A stretch of DNA of 64,000 bases from assembly GCA_002633005.1 (NCBI GenBank), contig NMRA01000274.1:39817-103816 (forward strand). Direction: 5' to 3'. Positions 13,229 to 26,900 of this stretch are shown one piece after another (position 1 is the first letter of the stretch; each line of letters opens with the position of its first letter). This DNA is from Phoronis australis. Its lineage: Eukaryota > Animalia > Phoronida. The notes below the pieces were generated by a model. It was given only the letters and a program-made list of their open reading frames with translations, did not search any database and had not been told where the DNA came from. The position numbers and the translations under genes were made by a program.

Positions 13229-14008
13229 AGAAGCAATACTTCATATAATGTATTAATGTAGATGTTCGTTACTAGCTGTCCGGAGGAATTGCATGATTAT
13301 ATGTAGAATTTATGTGTTAGTGTGACGTAGTATAGTACCGTTTTCTAAACCGGGCATTGGGTGTAAGGTATTAGTGATCGACCTTTTAGTAAATAAAAGT
13401 CATCTCAGTGGTATTCAGAGAATGGTTATTGCGTGAGAGGGATGGAAGACACGCAGGCGACTTCTCTTGTTGTCCCGGAATCGTCGAATTAGTTCGTAAA
13501 AGTGAGTTTTCTCGGTCTTTGGTGATTTCAGTGTCTCTCATAATAAGTACATATTTTTATTATGGAAAACCATTAACTAAATGGACAAGATTTCCGGAAT
13601 GATGAGACTGGCTTTAATGAACAGATTTCAGAACCTAAAGTTTTAAAGGAAATTTGCAGTTCTAGCTGCATTGTTGTTACGAAACATACCTCATTCATGT
13701 GGTTTTCACGACAGAAATTAGCAGTCCCAAGGGCCGCAAGTGCTGGCGTAGCTAAATCCGACGTTAGGTGTTTTAGCGAAAACGTTACAACAACTGGATT
13801 AATGTTGATGTTTCATTTTTAAACCGAACGACCGCATTCAAGGGGCATGAGAACTGAGCTGCGTGCGATGTTGCGGTCGTCTTAGCCGGACCGGGCAAAT
13901 CTTTGATGAATGTAACAATAAAGTTTAATAATGACTGTTAAAACCCATACAGACAATCTTGTTTTAAATGTTTTTTATGCGTGAATGGCAAATGGACAGT
14001 TCTCTGCA

Positions 14009-14112
14009 TGCCTCACATGATCTTTTGTCATCAATGCCGAACAAAATTGTCACAAGATTTGCGTGTGTCAATTTCAGGCCTGTGCACAGGTCCTTCATCA
14101 GAGGGTGAGGCA
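14009..14112 (-). ncRNA. Type I hammerhead-ribozyme-like motif with branched stem III
   Basis: CUGAUGA core (14095-14101); stem II AGG(A)CCUGU/ACAGGCCU; GAAA (14072-14075); AUC triplet (14019-14021); stem I UGCCUCAC/GUGAGGCA. Confidence 0.45.
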
Positions 14113-14444
14113 AGTTCCTAGTCGGAGTAACGTACGTCACGCGTGCAAGACCGCATGCAATTCACTAAGAGTTTGCTGTACAGTTAAAAATAAGCGCGTT
14201 ACTGTTACAGCAGTTACACGCGCTCCGCGAGCGCACACATATCTATAACCGCGCACGCATAAAAAGCACCAACGGCTAATTGCACCGAACAATGAGACTA
14301 GGGCACGCGTCCGCGTGACCACGTAGCTTTAATCCGAGACTCACGGAATTCTCGAGATGACTTGGGAGCACAATCCGGGTGTTTGTGGAAAAAATACAAA
14401 ATTTTCAATACAAACATCACCGAGACGTTTTTTGTTTGAAACAA

Positions 14445-14450
14445 TTTATT
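14445..14450 (-). other. Candidate distal poly(A) signal of TMEM87 (proximal candidate at 17773-17778)
   Basis: AATAAA on the minus strand followed by a GU/U-rich tract (GTGATGTTTGTATTG). Confidence 0.35.
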
Positions 14451-17400
14451 TCACGAATATTCATACAAGGTCATTTGATGAAAAATACCCATTTCTACAA
14501 ATGCGACACCAGTAGCCTGTGTATACACAATCAGTATGTACACGTAGATTCCGAAACAAAAAACAATGTGAAGGATATGGAAAATAACAAGAAACAGAAA
14601 AATTAAGTCACAGCAACGAAAATCATCAAATGTACACTGACCCCTCGCTTTCTGCCAACAACTAATTTTTGATTTATAAGCCAGACCCTTATAAAGTTAG
14701 TCACATCTTGTGCCTTCCCCAGATAAGAACTGATTTCAAAGTTCCAACTCCATCAATGTCCATGGCACTTTGACATTATTTTTACTGATTGGCCAAATGC
14801 CAATGTTTGGTATTGTCCACATGGGAATTTTAAACATTTTCTATCATAGCATGAGATGTTCAAGACATAGTTTACTTGGCAGAGTAACCTGGTTTATTAT
14901 TTGCATTTTAATCCAGGAGTATGGAAGGCACGCCCCTTTAGCTGCACACACTACAAAACAGCTGTCAATCATAACTAACACCGCCCACTACCAAATGTCA
15001 GCAAACAGTTATCCGTGGATGGCGTATTGGAAACTTCTAGAAAATGAGCAACTGCTATGAAAGAAATTACTAATTTTGAGTATTTTTTTACTCAAGTTTT
15101 GACAATGGGAATGGTTATCCCCATGATATTCAAGAGAAGAAGGTAGCAAGCCTACAGTCCTTACAAACCACAAATCAACAAGACTCCCTAAATTAACCAC
15201 CTCAACGCCACCTATCAGCAACAGACTAAAATTGTTGGATGTCATTAAATCTATGAATATGTCTCAATTAATTTTTGCTTACAGACTCTCTGAGGTACAT
15301 AAATTATGTAAATGAGCATGAGAATCTACGGAACTAAGATTTAAATAAAAAAAAATGTCTTGAGAGTTGCTCCGAGCATGCCTTCTATAGATACGACTTT
15401 TAATTGAGAACACTCTATAACATTGATCTGGAATTGAAGTGATTCCTGGGTGTGGCTTTAAGCAAGAACAAACTGTCAATTCTCGAAAAGCAAGAAACAT
15501 TTTGAGACCACTCCCACAACGATAAGAGGAGTCAATCAAAACAGAGTCCTTACCACCAAAGGTTTGCAGCAACTTTAACCTCCAATTTTCATAAGAACCT
15601 GATATATAAAAATTTTGTATTGCTTAAAGTAAGCTAAACTTCTCTTCTCTAGACTACAATGTTTAGGCATACAATCTACACAGTCGTCCAGTAAAAGAAA
15701 GACCATTGCTGCTTTAACCTTGATTATCTAGGCCACTTGTTCATTCTATGAAATTTACCAGTCAGTAATGTGCCATACAGGCTAGCCAATCACAAGACAG
15801 AATTCAACACTAAAGACGAACCTTATTACAACACACATCAAGGGACCTTCAAAATCTGTACCATATGATTGTCCATGATAATCAGTGTACCAGACTTTTT
15901 CAGGTCATTTGCTTCTTGAAGGACTCTAGCTGTTAACACTTTTTCAAGAGGCCTGCTGGCATTTCGTTTCAGGCCTTGACATAGATAATGATACAGTGTT
16001 TTTGAAGCTACTGTCTGTTGACTTAGCGCATTACAAATACCAACCCTTTGCAAGCTTGGTCCGCTTTCTGATTCACCTGTTTCTTGTGGTATTAAGTTTT
16101 TTGATGAAACTTCAGAGAAAATTGTGAACAGCCCAATAGCAGAATTCTGAGTAAAATTCTGATCCTTGAATCAGTAAACTCAATACGATCTAATAAATTT
16201 GCATAAATACACACACCATTTTTTAGGTATTTAGATTAATCCTTGAACAAGTTGTTGGTGCAGAAGTAAAATTAACAAAAACTGCACAAAATAATATTCC
16301 TTGATCAGTTTCATTGTAGAATTCCTACTTTTTATTCAGACTGATGCGTTTACATTTCCAGTCATACTACAATGTCAGGCATTTTCAGAAATCAAAAATA
16401 CAACTTTTTGTAAAATCAGCATTTGGAAGTATTGCTGTTAACATTCTAAACAGCGTACATTGCAACGAGGTTCAACTGTATTAATACAGAATGAAATGCG
16501 AACTATGCAAAATGCTTAAACTACTAATTTTCCCCAAATTTTTCTGAAAATGCAACAGAACCCCAGAATATACTTGGTTTCACATTGAAATGTAATAATT
16601 ACAATAATTTTAATTATTTCAGGATATACAATGAAGCAACAACATAAGTGGTACCTGCTACATAAGGAAATAATATCGTCAAATGAGCAAATTTTTATTG
16701 ATTTACGTCAAAATAAAACTGCACTTCCGTAACTTACCTTTAGATTTTAAAAATCCTGACAAAGCAAAAGCACTTACACCCAGAAAATAAGACTCAAATT
16801 TTTTCTTACCACGTCTGGACTTTGTTTGTGTGGCCGCAAAACACATCGGAAGCATACACCAGTAAAAAATACTATAAAAATCGTAGAGGTGACCAACCTT
16901 TCCAAATTTGACTGCTTCTGAATCAATTTTATTCAATAGTAGGTTACCTATCACTTCCAACTGAACACCAAAACCAATGCTATCATGGAAAGACATTTTC
17001 TAAGTGAAGTTTGATGGACTTAAGAGGACATCACCAGCGAGGAAAGTGATTTTCCGAGACCAGCCTCGGCATGGAATCAAACTTGCAATGGCTGTAGTTG
17101 CAGTCTAACGCTCTTCAAGCATAGATAAATCCCACTAGATAATTGGCAGAGTATTTTAAAAGTATTCAGCAGGTAAAATCGGCAGATTTGATTCCGACAA
17201 GAATCAGTGATTTGTAATAAAATCACAGCATAACAGATTTTTTTTGTATTATATATTTCTGGTCAAAGCAAAAAACTTTCCGAAATCTATCCCATCCATT
17301 CATTTTTTTCAGGCGTAAAACAGATAAGTCCCCTTAAGTAGCATCTTTCTTGATCTCACAATTCAGAAGCAAAGGAAGTGCAGCTTTAAATAAAACGTTT

Positions 17401-17997
17401 AGTCATGGCATTTCACTTTTAAGAATCAACAACTCAAAAGACAGAGTAAACTGGATCTATGTACAGACAAAACCACATGGCCTTGGTTATAATTGGTTTG
17501 TGAATTTAAAATTACCATAGCGCATAGCGAGCAAAAGTAACTTAAACAGAATTTTTTACAACAAGATACTCCGTAACCAGATTAAAAGTTAAATCATGGT
17601 CCTGGAATCTTGGTAGACATTCCTAATGTGAAACTCCTGCAATAACAATAGATTGTTTACAGTCATCTTTACAAAATTTCATAGTTTAAAAAAGCTACAA
17701 CCAGCACTGGTACTACCAAAGGTAATAAATACAAGTCAAAAAGGTACAAAATGGCACTTACCAATAGACTTATTTATTTTACTTATTCTAAATGTATACT
17801 GCTGTGATCAAATGAGACTTTGAATGCAAGAATAACAAACAGTTCCTTTGATTTTTATTTTTTATAGGCATTCAGCCACTCGGTCCACTACCAACACTGC
17901 CCAATGCAACAATGACACCGAAATCCCAACCAAGCAGTCACACCCCATCCCATACCCCATAAAGAGTGAACAGACCCAGGAGGGCCTCGCACGTAAT

Positions 17998-20900
17998 TCA
18001 TTCCATTTTCGACAGTTCAAACTTGGTGGTCATAATCTCCTCATCAGAGTCCAGTAAACTGGGCAGAGCCGTATCGGCCACCGAGGCTGGAATGTTCTCT
18101 TCTATCCACTTCAAGTCTTCCTCCTGCAACAGAAAATGCAACTCGAGTTATCACTTATTCAGTACTTCGCTGCTCGTAAATCTATCGCTTAGTTTGTATA
18201 AAAATGGCGAGATTCCAATGCATTTCACTATAATCAAATGGTAACAGTTTTCTGGAGTTTAAAACAAAACTGCGTTTTTCAGCGATTACTAACTTCACAA
18301 GACTACACGAAATTCAGAACACAATTTCTTGGGTATGAATCGATCCGAGTTCACCATTTCAATTCCTTTTCCGATGACATATTTTCTCAATGTGTGTGTA
18401 TTACTTTAACATTTCTTTACTGCCCCCATATTTAGAAGAACATAGTTTACGTTTTATTCTGTCTAATGTACCAAAAACATTTTGACACAATGCAGCAGGT
18501 CACATGACCACAATCCCCTAATCCTGATACCTCCGTTGTGAAATATGTATACTAGGAATACTACGCATCGAAAAAAGGAACAGCTTGTGTATTGCTGACC
18601 AGTGTGCATAGCACGTGTTTGTATGTCGGACGTTGGGCCAGTGGCCAAGTGCACAATAAATAAGACATATGATATATGTAACTTGAAATGCGCATAAAAC
18701 CGCATTCTCACCACTTTGCTTTGAGGTTCTTTAGGCCCACTAGATTTTGTTCCTCTCATCTTCATCCCCTCTGAAATGTAAAACTCAAATTTACGACAAT
18801 GTAAACCAAAAGCAATGAGAACGGTACAGAAAATGATGCCTGTTTGTGATAACTGAGATATTGAATTTTTTAAGTTTTGTTTTGCATGTTGAATTGGCCT
18901 TTCTCAGTCTAGCTATATAAGTCAAAAAGGCGCATCAAATGAAAAGCATTGAGACGAACCCAAATGAATCTGAAAAGGGACCTTCAGATATCAGTTTGGC
19001 ACAGATTTACCATGACTGACGCTAAAATGTCCTGCAACAGAGTTATAATAGATGAATCTATATGAGCATCAACTAATACTGGCCTCTCTCCATCACACCT
19101 GTCTTGTGTCATTACTCATCGCCATCTGGTGAGTGGTGCATGAAATGATACTCTGGTAAGGAAAAACCTCAACAAAAAACTAACCAATAGGAGAACACAG
19201 CACATCAATCGATTTAAAAATCAACAAAGTTGGGAACTCCACGCTGTGAATGCTTCTGTGAAACTCCATCAAGCTCACACCAGGGTTTCTCAAGATTTTG
19301 CACAACGAACACAAAGTCAAAACTAAGGGCCATGTAGGGGTTAGTAACAGCACTCTAAACTAAACAAAATCGACTGTGTCCAATACTCCCCTACCAAAAT
19401 TCTCTGAGTTAAATTTTAACAAAAACAGTGAAAGATCTTTCAAGCTATCACTATGACAATCAGCATGCTCCGGTACCAAGTGCGTACGTTGGCACTTTAT
19501 TATTGATGACATTAATGTTCTGGAGAATACAGCAGCATTACTACCATCTACCATGAGATCACATAGGTGTGCATGATGACATTTGGTTAAATGTTAAACA
19601 TGTGTATGTTTACACATAAACAACAAGAAACACATTCTATTCAGGTAAACGTATATCTTACCAAATGCGTCATTCATGACGGGCTCATCATCTTCATCAG
19701 CCGCGTCCAACAGCGGTGAGAAAGCGTACCTGTTGCGAATGTAATCACAGGTGAACAGAACATAACGGCAGTAAGATGGAGTACTAATGACAAACACGAC
19801 AAATACATAAATATTTTGTGAGTCGCCAAGATCTGAAGTGAGACCAGGGGACTGACCACATGTGGACACACAGGAGGTCATTTCCTATCTATACATAAGG
19901 AAGTAGTGGCTTTCCAGTACATTAGTCTTCATTTTTACACAGTAAGGGTGAGATTACCAATACTCATGTGGACAGTGACAGGCATAAAATGCATCTTAAA
20001 CCCAATCACCAGAGACCATTAGCTTGCAAGTGCTGCGATGGACAGTACAGAGTGCTCACAAAATATGAGGTCTACATTTACAGGTCGGTGCTAGAAAAAC
20101 ATTTGAAAACGGTATATTTTGTGCTGACAACAACTCACAACTGCACAAAAAAGTACAAACTCGTAGAGTTGTACTCGCCATCTCATACATGCTCTGTGTC
20201 CCATCTGTGAGTGGTTTCACAGACCAAGCAAATTCAAAGTGTGTCATTGTTTTTGAAACACTCTGGTAAATTCAAAAAAAAGAGTTGTTAAATTGTCTCT
20301 TTACAATATTTTCAAAAATTGACTGCAGTTGATTTTCGAAGACAGCTAAACAGTACAACACAAACTTGGCTAATCTATATACAGAACAATTGTCTTGATT
20401 TTCATTTTTGTCGAAAAATTAGACAAGATAAATTCCATGTTTCCGCCACATATCGTGTGCTAAATACCAGGGCCCGGTCTCTAATCTTTGTACTTGAAAC
20501 GAACTCGAAACTATTTTTGGCAATTTCTCTGCTCCTTTTGTGCGAACTTAAGATAATTGGTTATCAGACTGTGCTCGAATAAAGTATAGTTTATGCATAG
20601 AAGTTTGTAGTTCAAGTTTGCCCTTGAAGACCCTTATATTTATGCTACAAACTCAAGTAAAAACTCGAAATTTCGAGTTCAAACTCGAACTTATTGCTAT
20701 AATATTGGGTTTACAAATTGTGAACTAAGGGCAATAAATTATCTACATAAGTTATTGTGTACTCGAGCATAGAATAATAGACACTTATCTTGAGTTCGCC
20801 CAAAAGTAGAGCAGAAAATGCCAAACCTAATTTCGAGTTCCATTTCGAGTAAAAAGATTGGAGACCGGGCCCAGATGAGAACTACCATCTAATACTTCCT

Positions 20901-23900
20901 CAAAGAATAAACAGCAATCAAACACTGAGAGAGACATGACACTCGTACCTTTTCAACGGGATGATGCTTAGTGCATAACAAAACACAAACTGCCAAATAA
21001 CCACTCACCTCTGGTTATTCTGCGACGGCCTCCACAGGATAATAATGACCAATAGGATGACAGCAAACAGCAGATGCCAGTAAGCGTCGTCTAACCACTT
21101 CTCGCTCCATGCATCCTGAACACAAGTCATAAGGGTCAAGGGTCAAGGGTCATAACCAGATTAAGCTTATACTGCCTTAACGTTCTGGCCAAAACACTTC
21201 TCGCATTTTCGCAGGCACGATCGCTCGTAGAACCAAAAGCAGTGCAAAGCCTTGGCAATAAACAGTATGCTTCTAGGGGTGTTTATTACAACCATGTAAT
21301 ATGTAAAAGGCCACTAGGAGGGGCAGCATAAGTAACATCCAAGGGAACCTTGCAGCTGTGTGATACTGCTGTTATACTATCATCAAAGAATAACAACAGA
21401 GACCTGGCTCAGCAGTCTAGTGATTACTTTTCATGTACGCAATTAACAAAGCCTGCTGAAATTTCAATCAACAGTACAGAGCAAACGCACGTCCTTCAAC
21501 CACACAGAACGATTGCTATAGGTGTCCTCTACAAACTCACCTGCAAACAACTGCCTTCTTCAAACCTCATTTTTATAACCCACACGATGAATGCTAAGGA
21601 GGCTGCAAGATGAAAATCAGTGTTAAGGCCATAAACTCACAATAAACTAGAGACCTTGATTTTCCATTTTGAAAAACAGAGAAATCCATTTCAGAAAACC
21701 TAAAATATACACATTTTTCTGTTTTGTAAATTCAGTATTACTATTATAAAATAACAGGAAAACCTGGGAATTGTCTTATTTCTGGTAATTATGCTGCAGC
21801 TCCATTTTACCAATACTAGCTACACGCCATGTTTACAGGAAACAGATCAGAGCCAACTCGTCTATTGCAAAACATTCATCCATCGATTTCAAGCCAGAAT
21901 CATATAGAATTTGATGTATTATGTTTGTAATTTTCGGAAATTACAAAATAACAAAAATGTAATTATGGTATTACGCGAATTACGCTTGAATTTTCTAACT
22001 CCATCACATTTTGTGAATTCCATCCGTTACCATGGAAAATCAGGGACTCTCCATAATTCATCACGAAAGTCAAATAAAGTGATCAGTGAATGTCAATAAA
22101 AATCATATGACCATATCTGCTTTACCTTGAAAGTGTTGCATTGGGTTCTTGATACTAATCTTTTGCAGCAAAACAACCCAAACTACAAAAGTGTTCGGGT
22201 CAACTGCCATAATGCTTGTCCATACACCATCTACTATTTACTATAACAATAACGTAGAGTCCGGCACCACTTCAACCTATGCACACATGAATACAGCTGA
22301 TTCTCCAACTATTCATAGTACTAATAGTCCCGTGTCCGTTCAACAACAAGCCCATGGGCTTGTAGTTGAGAGCTCCAAAAATGGGGGTTGTCTTATGACA
22401 GACGGTCCATGGTTTTTTAACAGAAATTTGTAGATAAGCTCACACAGAACAAGTGAAGGTTTTCCTAAAGTAACTCCGCACTATATTGTCAAATGGCATG
22501 AGAAGACAAGAAAAGAGGGTGACTTGAAGTAGACTGAGAGGTAACAAAGGTGACTGGGAGGGTGACTGAGAGGTAATAGGAGTGTTTGAGAGGTGATAGG
22601 GGTGACTGAGAGGTAACAGGGGTGACGGAGAGGTGATAGGGGTGACTGAAAGGTAATAGGGTTGACTGAGAAGTAATAGGGGGGACTAAAAGGCAATAAG
22701 ATTTACTGAGAGGTAAATAGGGCAAGTGAAGGGGAAATCAACAATATTTTAAGGCGGCCCTAACAAACACGTTTCCCCATGTGGACCTCTCACTCTCCCT
22801 TTCCCTTTTGATGAGATCTGTCTTACCTAGCACAGCAAATATTAACGTGTTGGTGAAATGTCTGTAAAGAGATAACTTGACAACATTCCGTCGTAGACGC
22901 AGCGTACGCGTAGTCTGCAGGAGACTGGCAAATGTCCACCAGGCAATGGCAAATTCTAATAACATCAACGGGATGTAGGCTATCATCGCTTGTTTGGACT
23001 GATCATACTTGGGCTGGAAGAGAGGTTGGACAGTGTAGTGTGTAGTCTGCACAACAGGTGTCACTGGACAGTGCAGTAAATAGTGTGCAGTCTGGACAAT
23101 AGGTGCTACTGGACAGTGTAGTATCTGGAGTGTAGTTTAGACAACAGGTGTCACTGGACAGTGCAGTGTCCAGTGTGTAGTCTGAACAATAGGTGTAACC
23201 AGACAGTGTAGTGTCTAGTGTGTAAATGGGTGCAAATTCATGGTTTCTCTTCCAAAAGCAGACTTCTTGCTGCATCTCGCCAGTATCTTGCGTTGATGGA
23301 CTGCTCCACAGATGTCACTAAAGCAGAGTGGGGAATAAATGAAGATGGCCGATACCTGAAGTATCTCACATTGTTTCACTCACTGGTTAAATCATCAAAA
23401 AAGCAGCGTTTTCTAAGTTTTGAATATCAAAAAAGTTTTTGAAGAGGCAAGTGTCGTCAATTTTAGAACCTCTAACACGTTTATGAATTCAAGAGTTCAA
23501 AATTCAAATGACTGGCAAAAATATGGTTTCACCAGCCCCTGATCACCAGTTTACAATGAACAAGACATGCAAAAAAACATCGGCCATACGCGTCAGAACA
23601 CATGCTGGACGACACTAGTTACAGGGGCTGCTTCTGACAAATTTTTGATGAACCACTCACACGTGGAAATTGAGAAAACCATCAGCAGACATGATGAAAC
23701 CACAGCAAGTTAAAGANCTTGAAAAAATAATTGCCAGTTGAAATAATAACATGTTTGTTATACTATCGTCAAAGAATAACAGCAGAGACCTGGCTCAGCA
23801 GTCTAGTGATTACTTTCCATGTACGCAATTAACAAAGCCTGCTGAAATTTCGATCAACTGTACAGAGCAAACGCATGTCCTTCAACCACACAGAACGATT

Positions 23901-26900
23901 GCTAAAGGTGTCCTCTACAAACTCACCTGCAAACAACTGCCTTCTTCAAACCTCATTTTTATAACCCACACGATGAATGCTAAGGAGGCTGCAAGATGAA
24001 AATCAGTGTTAAGGCCATAAACTCAAAATAAACTAGAGACCTTGATTTTTCATTTTGAAAAATAGAGAAATCCATTTCAGAAAACCTAAAATATACACAT
24101 TTTTCTGTTTTGTAAATTCAGTATTACTATTATAAAATAACAGGAAAACCTTGGAATTGTCTTATTTCTGGTAATTATGCTGCAGCTCCATTTTACCAAT
24201 ACTAGCTACACGCCATGTTTACAGGAAAAAGATCAGAGCCAACTCGTCTACTGCAAAACATTCATCCATCGATTTCAGGCCAGAATCATAGAATTTGATG
24301 TATTATGTTTGTAATTTTCGGAAATTACAAAATAACAAAAATGGAATTATGGTATTTACTTTTGAAATACGCGAATTACGCTTGAATTTTCTAATTCCAA
24401 GAAAGAAATCACATTTTGTGAATTCCATCCGTTACCATGGAAAATCAGGGTCTCTCCATAATTCATCACGAAAGTCGAATAAAGTGATCAGTGAATGTCA
24501 ATGAAAATCATACGATCATATTTGCTTTTCCTTGAAATTCTTGCATTGGGTTCTTGATATTAATCTTTTGCAGCAAAACAACCCAAACTACAAAAGTGTT
24601 CGGGTCAACTGCCATAATGCTTGTCCATACACCATCTACTATTTACTATAACAATAAGGTAGAGCTCTGACACCACTTCAACCTATGCACACATGAATAC
24701 AGCTGATTCTCCAACTATTCATAGTACTAATAGTCCCGGTTCCGTTCAAAAATGGGGGTTGTCTTATGACAGACGGTCCATTTTTTTAACAGAAATTTGT
24801 ACGTAAGCTCACACAGGTTTTCCTAAGTAACTCCGCACTATATTGTCAAATGACATGAGAAGACAAGAGAAGAGGGTGACTTGAGGTAGACTGAGAGGTA
24901 ACAAAGGTGACTGGGAGGGTGACTGAGAGGTAATAGGAGTGATTGAGAGGTGATAGGGGTGACTGAGAGGTAACAGGGGTGATGGAGAGGTGACAGGGGT
25001 GACTGAAAGGTAATAGGGTTGACTGAGAAGTAATAGGGGGGACTAAGAGGTAATAAGATTTACTGAGAGGTAAATAGGGCAAGTGAAGGGGAAATCAACA
25101 ATATTTTAAGGCGGCCCTAACAAACACGTTTCCCCATGTGGACCTCTCACTCTCCCTTTCCCTTTTGATGAAATCTGTCTTACCTAGCACAGCAAATATT
25201 AACGTGTTGGTGAAATGTCTGTAAAGAGATAACTTGACAACATTCCGTCGTAGACGCAGCGTACGCGTAGTCTGCAGGAGACTGGCAAATGTCCACCAGG
25301 CAATGGCAAATTCTAATAACATCAACGGGATGTAGGCTATCATCGCTTGTTTGGACTGATCATACTTGGGCTGGAAGAGAGGTTGGACAGTGTAGTGTGT
25401 AGTCTGCACAACAGGTGTCACTGGACAGTGCAGTAAATAGTGTGCAGTCTGGACAATAGGTGCTACTGGACAGTGTAGTATCTGGAGTGTAGTTTAGACA
25501 ACAGGTGTCACTGGACAGTGCAGTGTCCAGTGTGTAGTCTGAACAATAGGTGTAACCAGACAGTGTAGTGTCTAGTGTGTAAATGGGTGCAAATTCATGG
25601 TTTCTCTTCCAAAAGCAGACTTCTTGCTGCATCTCGCCAGTATCTTGCGTTGATGGACTGCTCCACAGATGTCACTAAAGCAGAGTGGGGAATAAATGAA
25701 GATGGCCGATACCTGAAGTATCTCACATTGTTTCACTCACTGGTTAAATCATCAAAAAAGCAGCGTTTTCTAAGTTTTGAATATCAAAAAAGTTTTTGAA
25801 GAGGCAAGTGTCGTCAATTTTAGAACCTCTAACACGTTTATGAATTCAAGAGTTCAAAATTCAAATGACTGGCAAAAATATGGTTTCACCAGCCCCTGAT
25901 CACCAGTTTACAATGAACAAGACATGCAAAAAAACATCGGCCATACGCGTCAGAACACATGCTGGACGACACTAGTTACAGGGGCTGCTTCTGACAAATT
26001 TTTGATGAACCACTCACACGTGGAAATTGAGAAAACCATCAGCAGACATGATGAAACCACAGCAAGTTAAAGACACTATAACAACAATAGGAATAGAAAG
26101 TGATTAACATATGCAACTACTCGAAACTGACAACAATCAATATGGCAATGGAAAATTCCCTTGCACTAGAATACTTTTCAGAACTGGTCAAATTCAACAA
26201 AAGTAACTCTTTAAAATCTTAAGCTCATGCTATACTACCTGTTAAATCTACCGATTAGCATATTAACCGTCTTAACTTTGTTCTTAACTAAAACAGAGTT
26301 CAATTAGTGATTCTTTAGCTACAATTTTTGACCAAATGTCATTTCCCACAGAGAAGTGGCAAGTGTTAGAACCAAGATGGAGGAATCCCGTAGACCATCC
26401 CAGTAAGGTGACATCACATTTTCCGTCCCTACAGATGGACACATTTTCACATTTCAAAACGCAAAATTTCTAGGATCGTATCACAATTCAAATTCACTGG
26501 CGCAATTCAGGACACACTTTTATACTTATGCACAGACGACAAATCCAGTATTAAAATAGGTACAAATTTACTTTACGTCAAAAATTAACTTTTGATTTTG
26601 ACCATTAACCATTATGAAATTGGTTGCAACATGTTCCTTACTCAGTTTCATAATGATTTCTGCGCTCGGAAAGGACAGTTTGTTATTGTCCCAAGAGCAG
26701 TATGAAGTTGGCTTGTTACGGTGGACCATTTTATTGTCAAGTACAACCTCAAGCAATTAGTTCTTAATAAGTTCAGAAACCACTTGTGATCGGACTACAT
26801 AATTAAATGATAAAAATTTACATCTTTTTGTAAATGACCTAAATGAAACGTTCATTCTTTTGAAGGTACATGTGTTTATAGTATCTTTGGTATATGTACC

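Larger units (their letters stand above)
21370..26073. repeat. ~2.35-kb tandem duplication (21370-23716 / 23756-26073)
   Basis: Near-identical copies joined at a single N (23717). Confidence 0.95.

Noticed and set aside
14009-14112. Alternative reading as a box C/D snoRNA (UGAUGA x2, CUGA, terminal stem)
   Set aside because: The terminal D box is GUGA rather than CUGA and no rRNA guide was recognised. The hammerhead reading fits better, though the snoRNA reading is not excluded.
14770-16996. Short ORFs between the NIDO gene and TMEM87
   Set aside because: No recognisable motifs or consistent splice structure; probably UTR or intergenic sequence.
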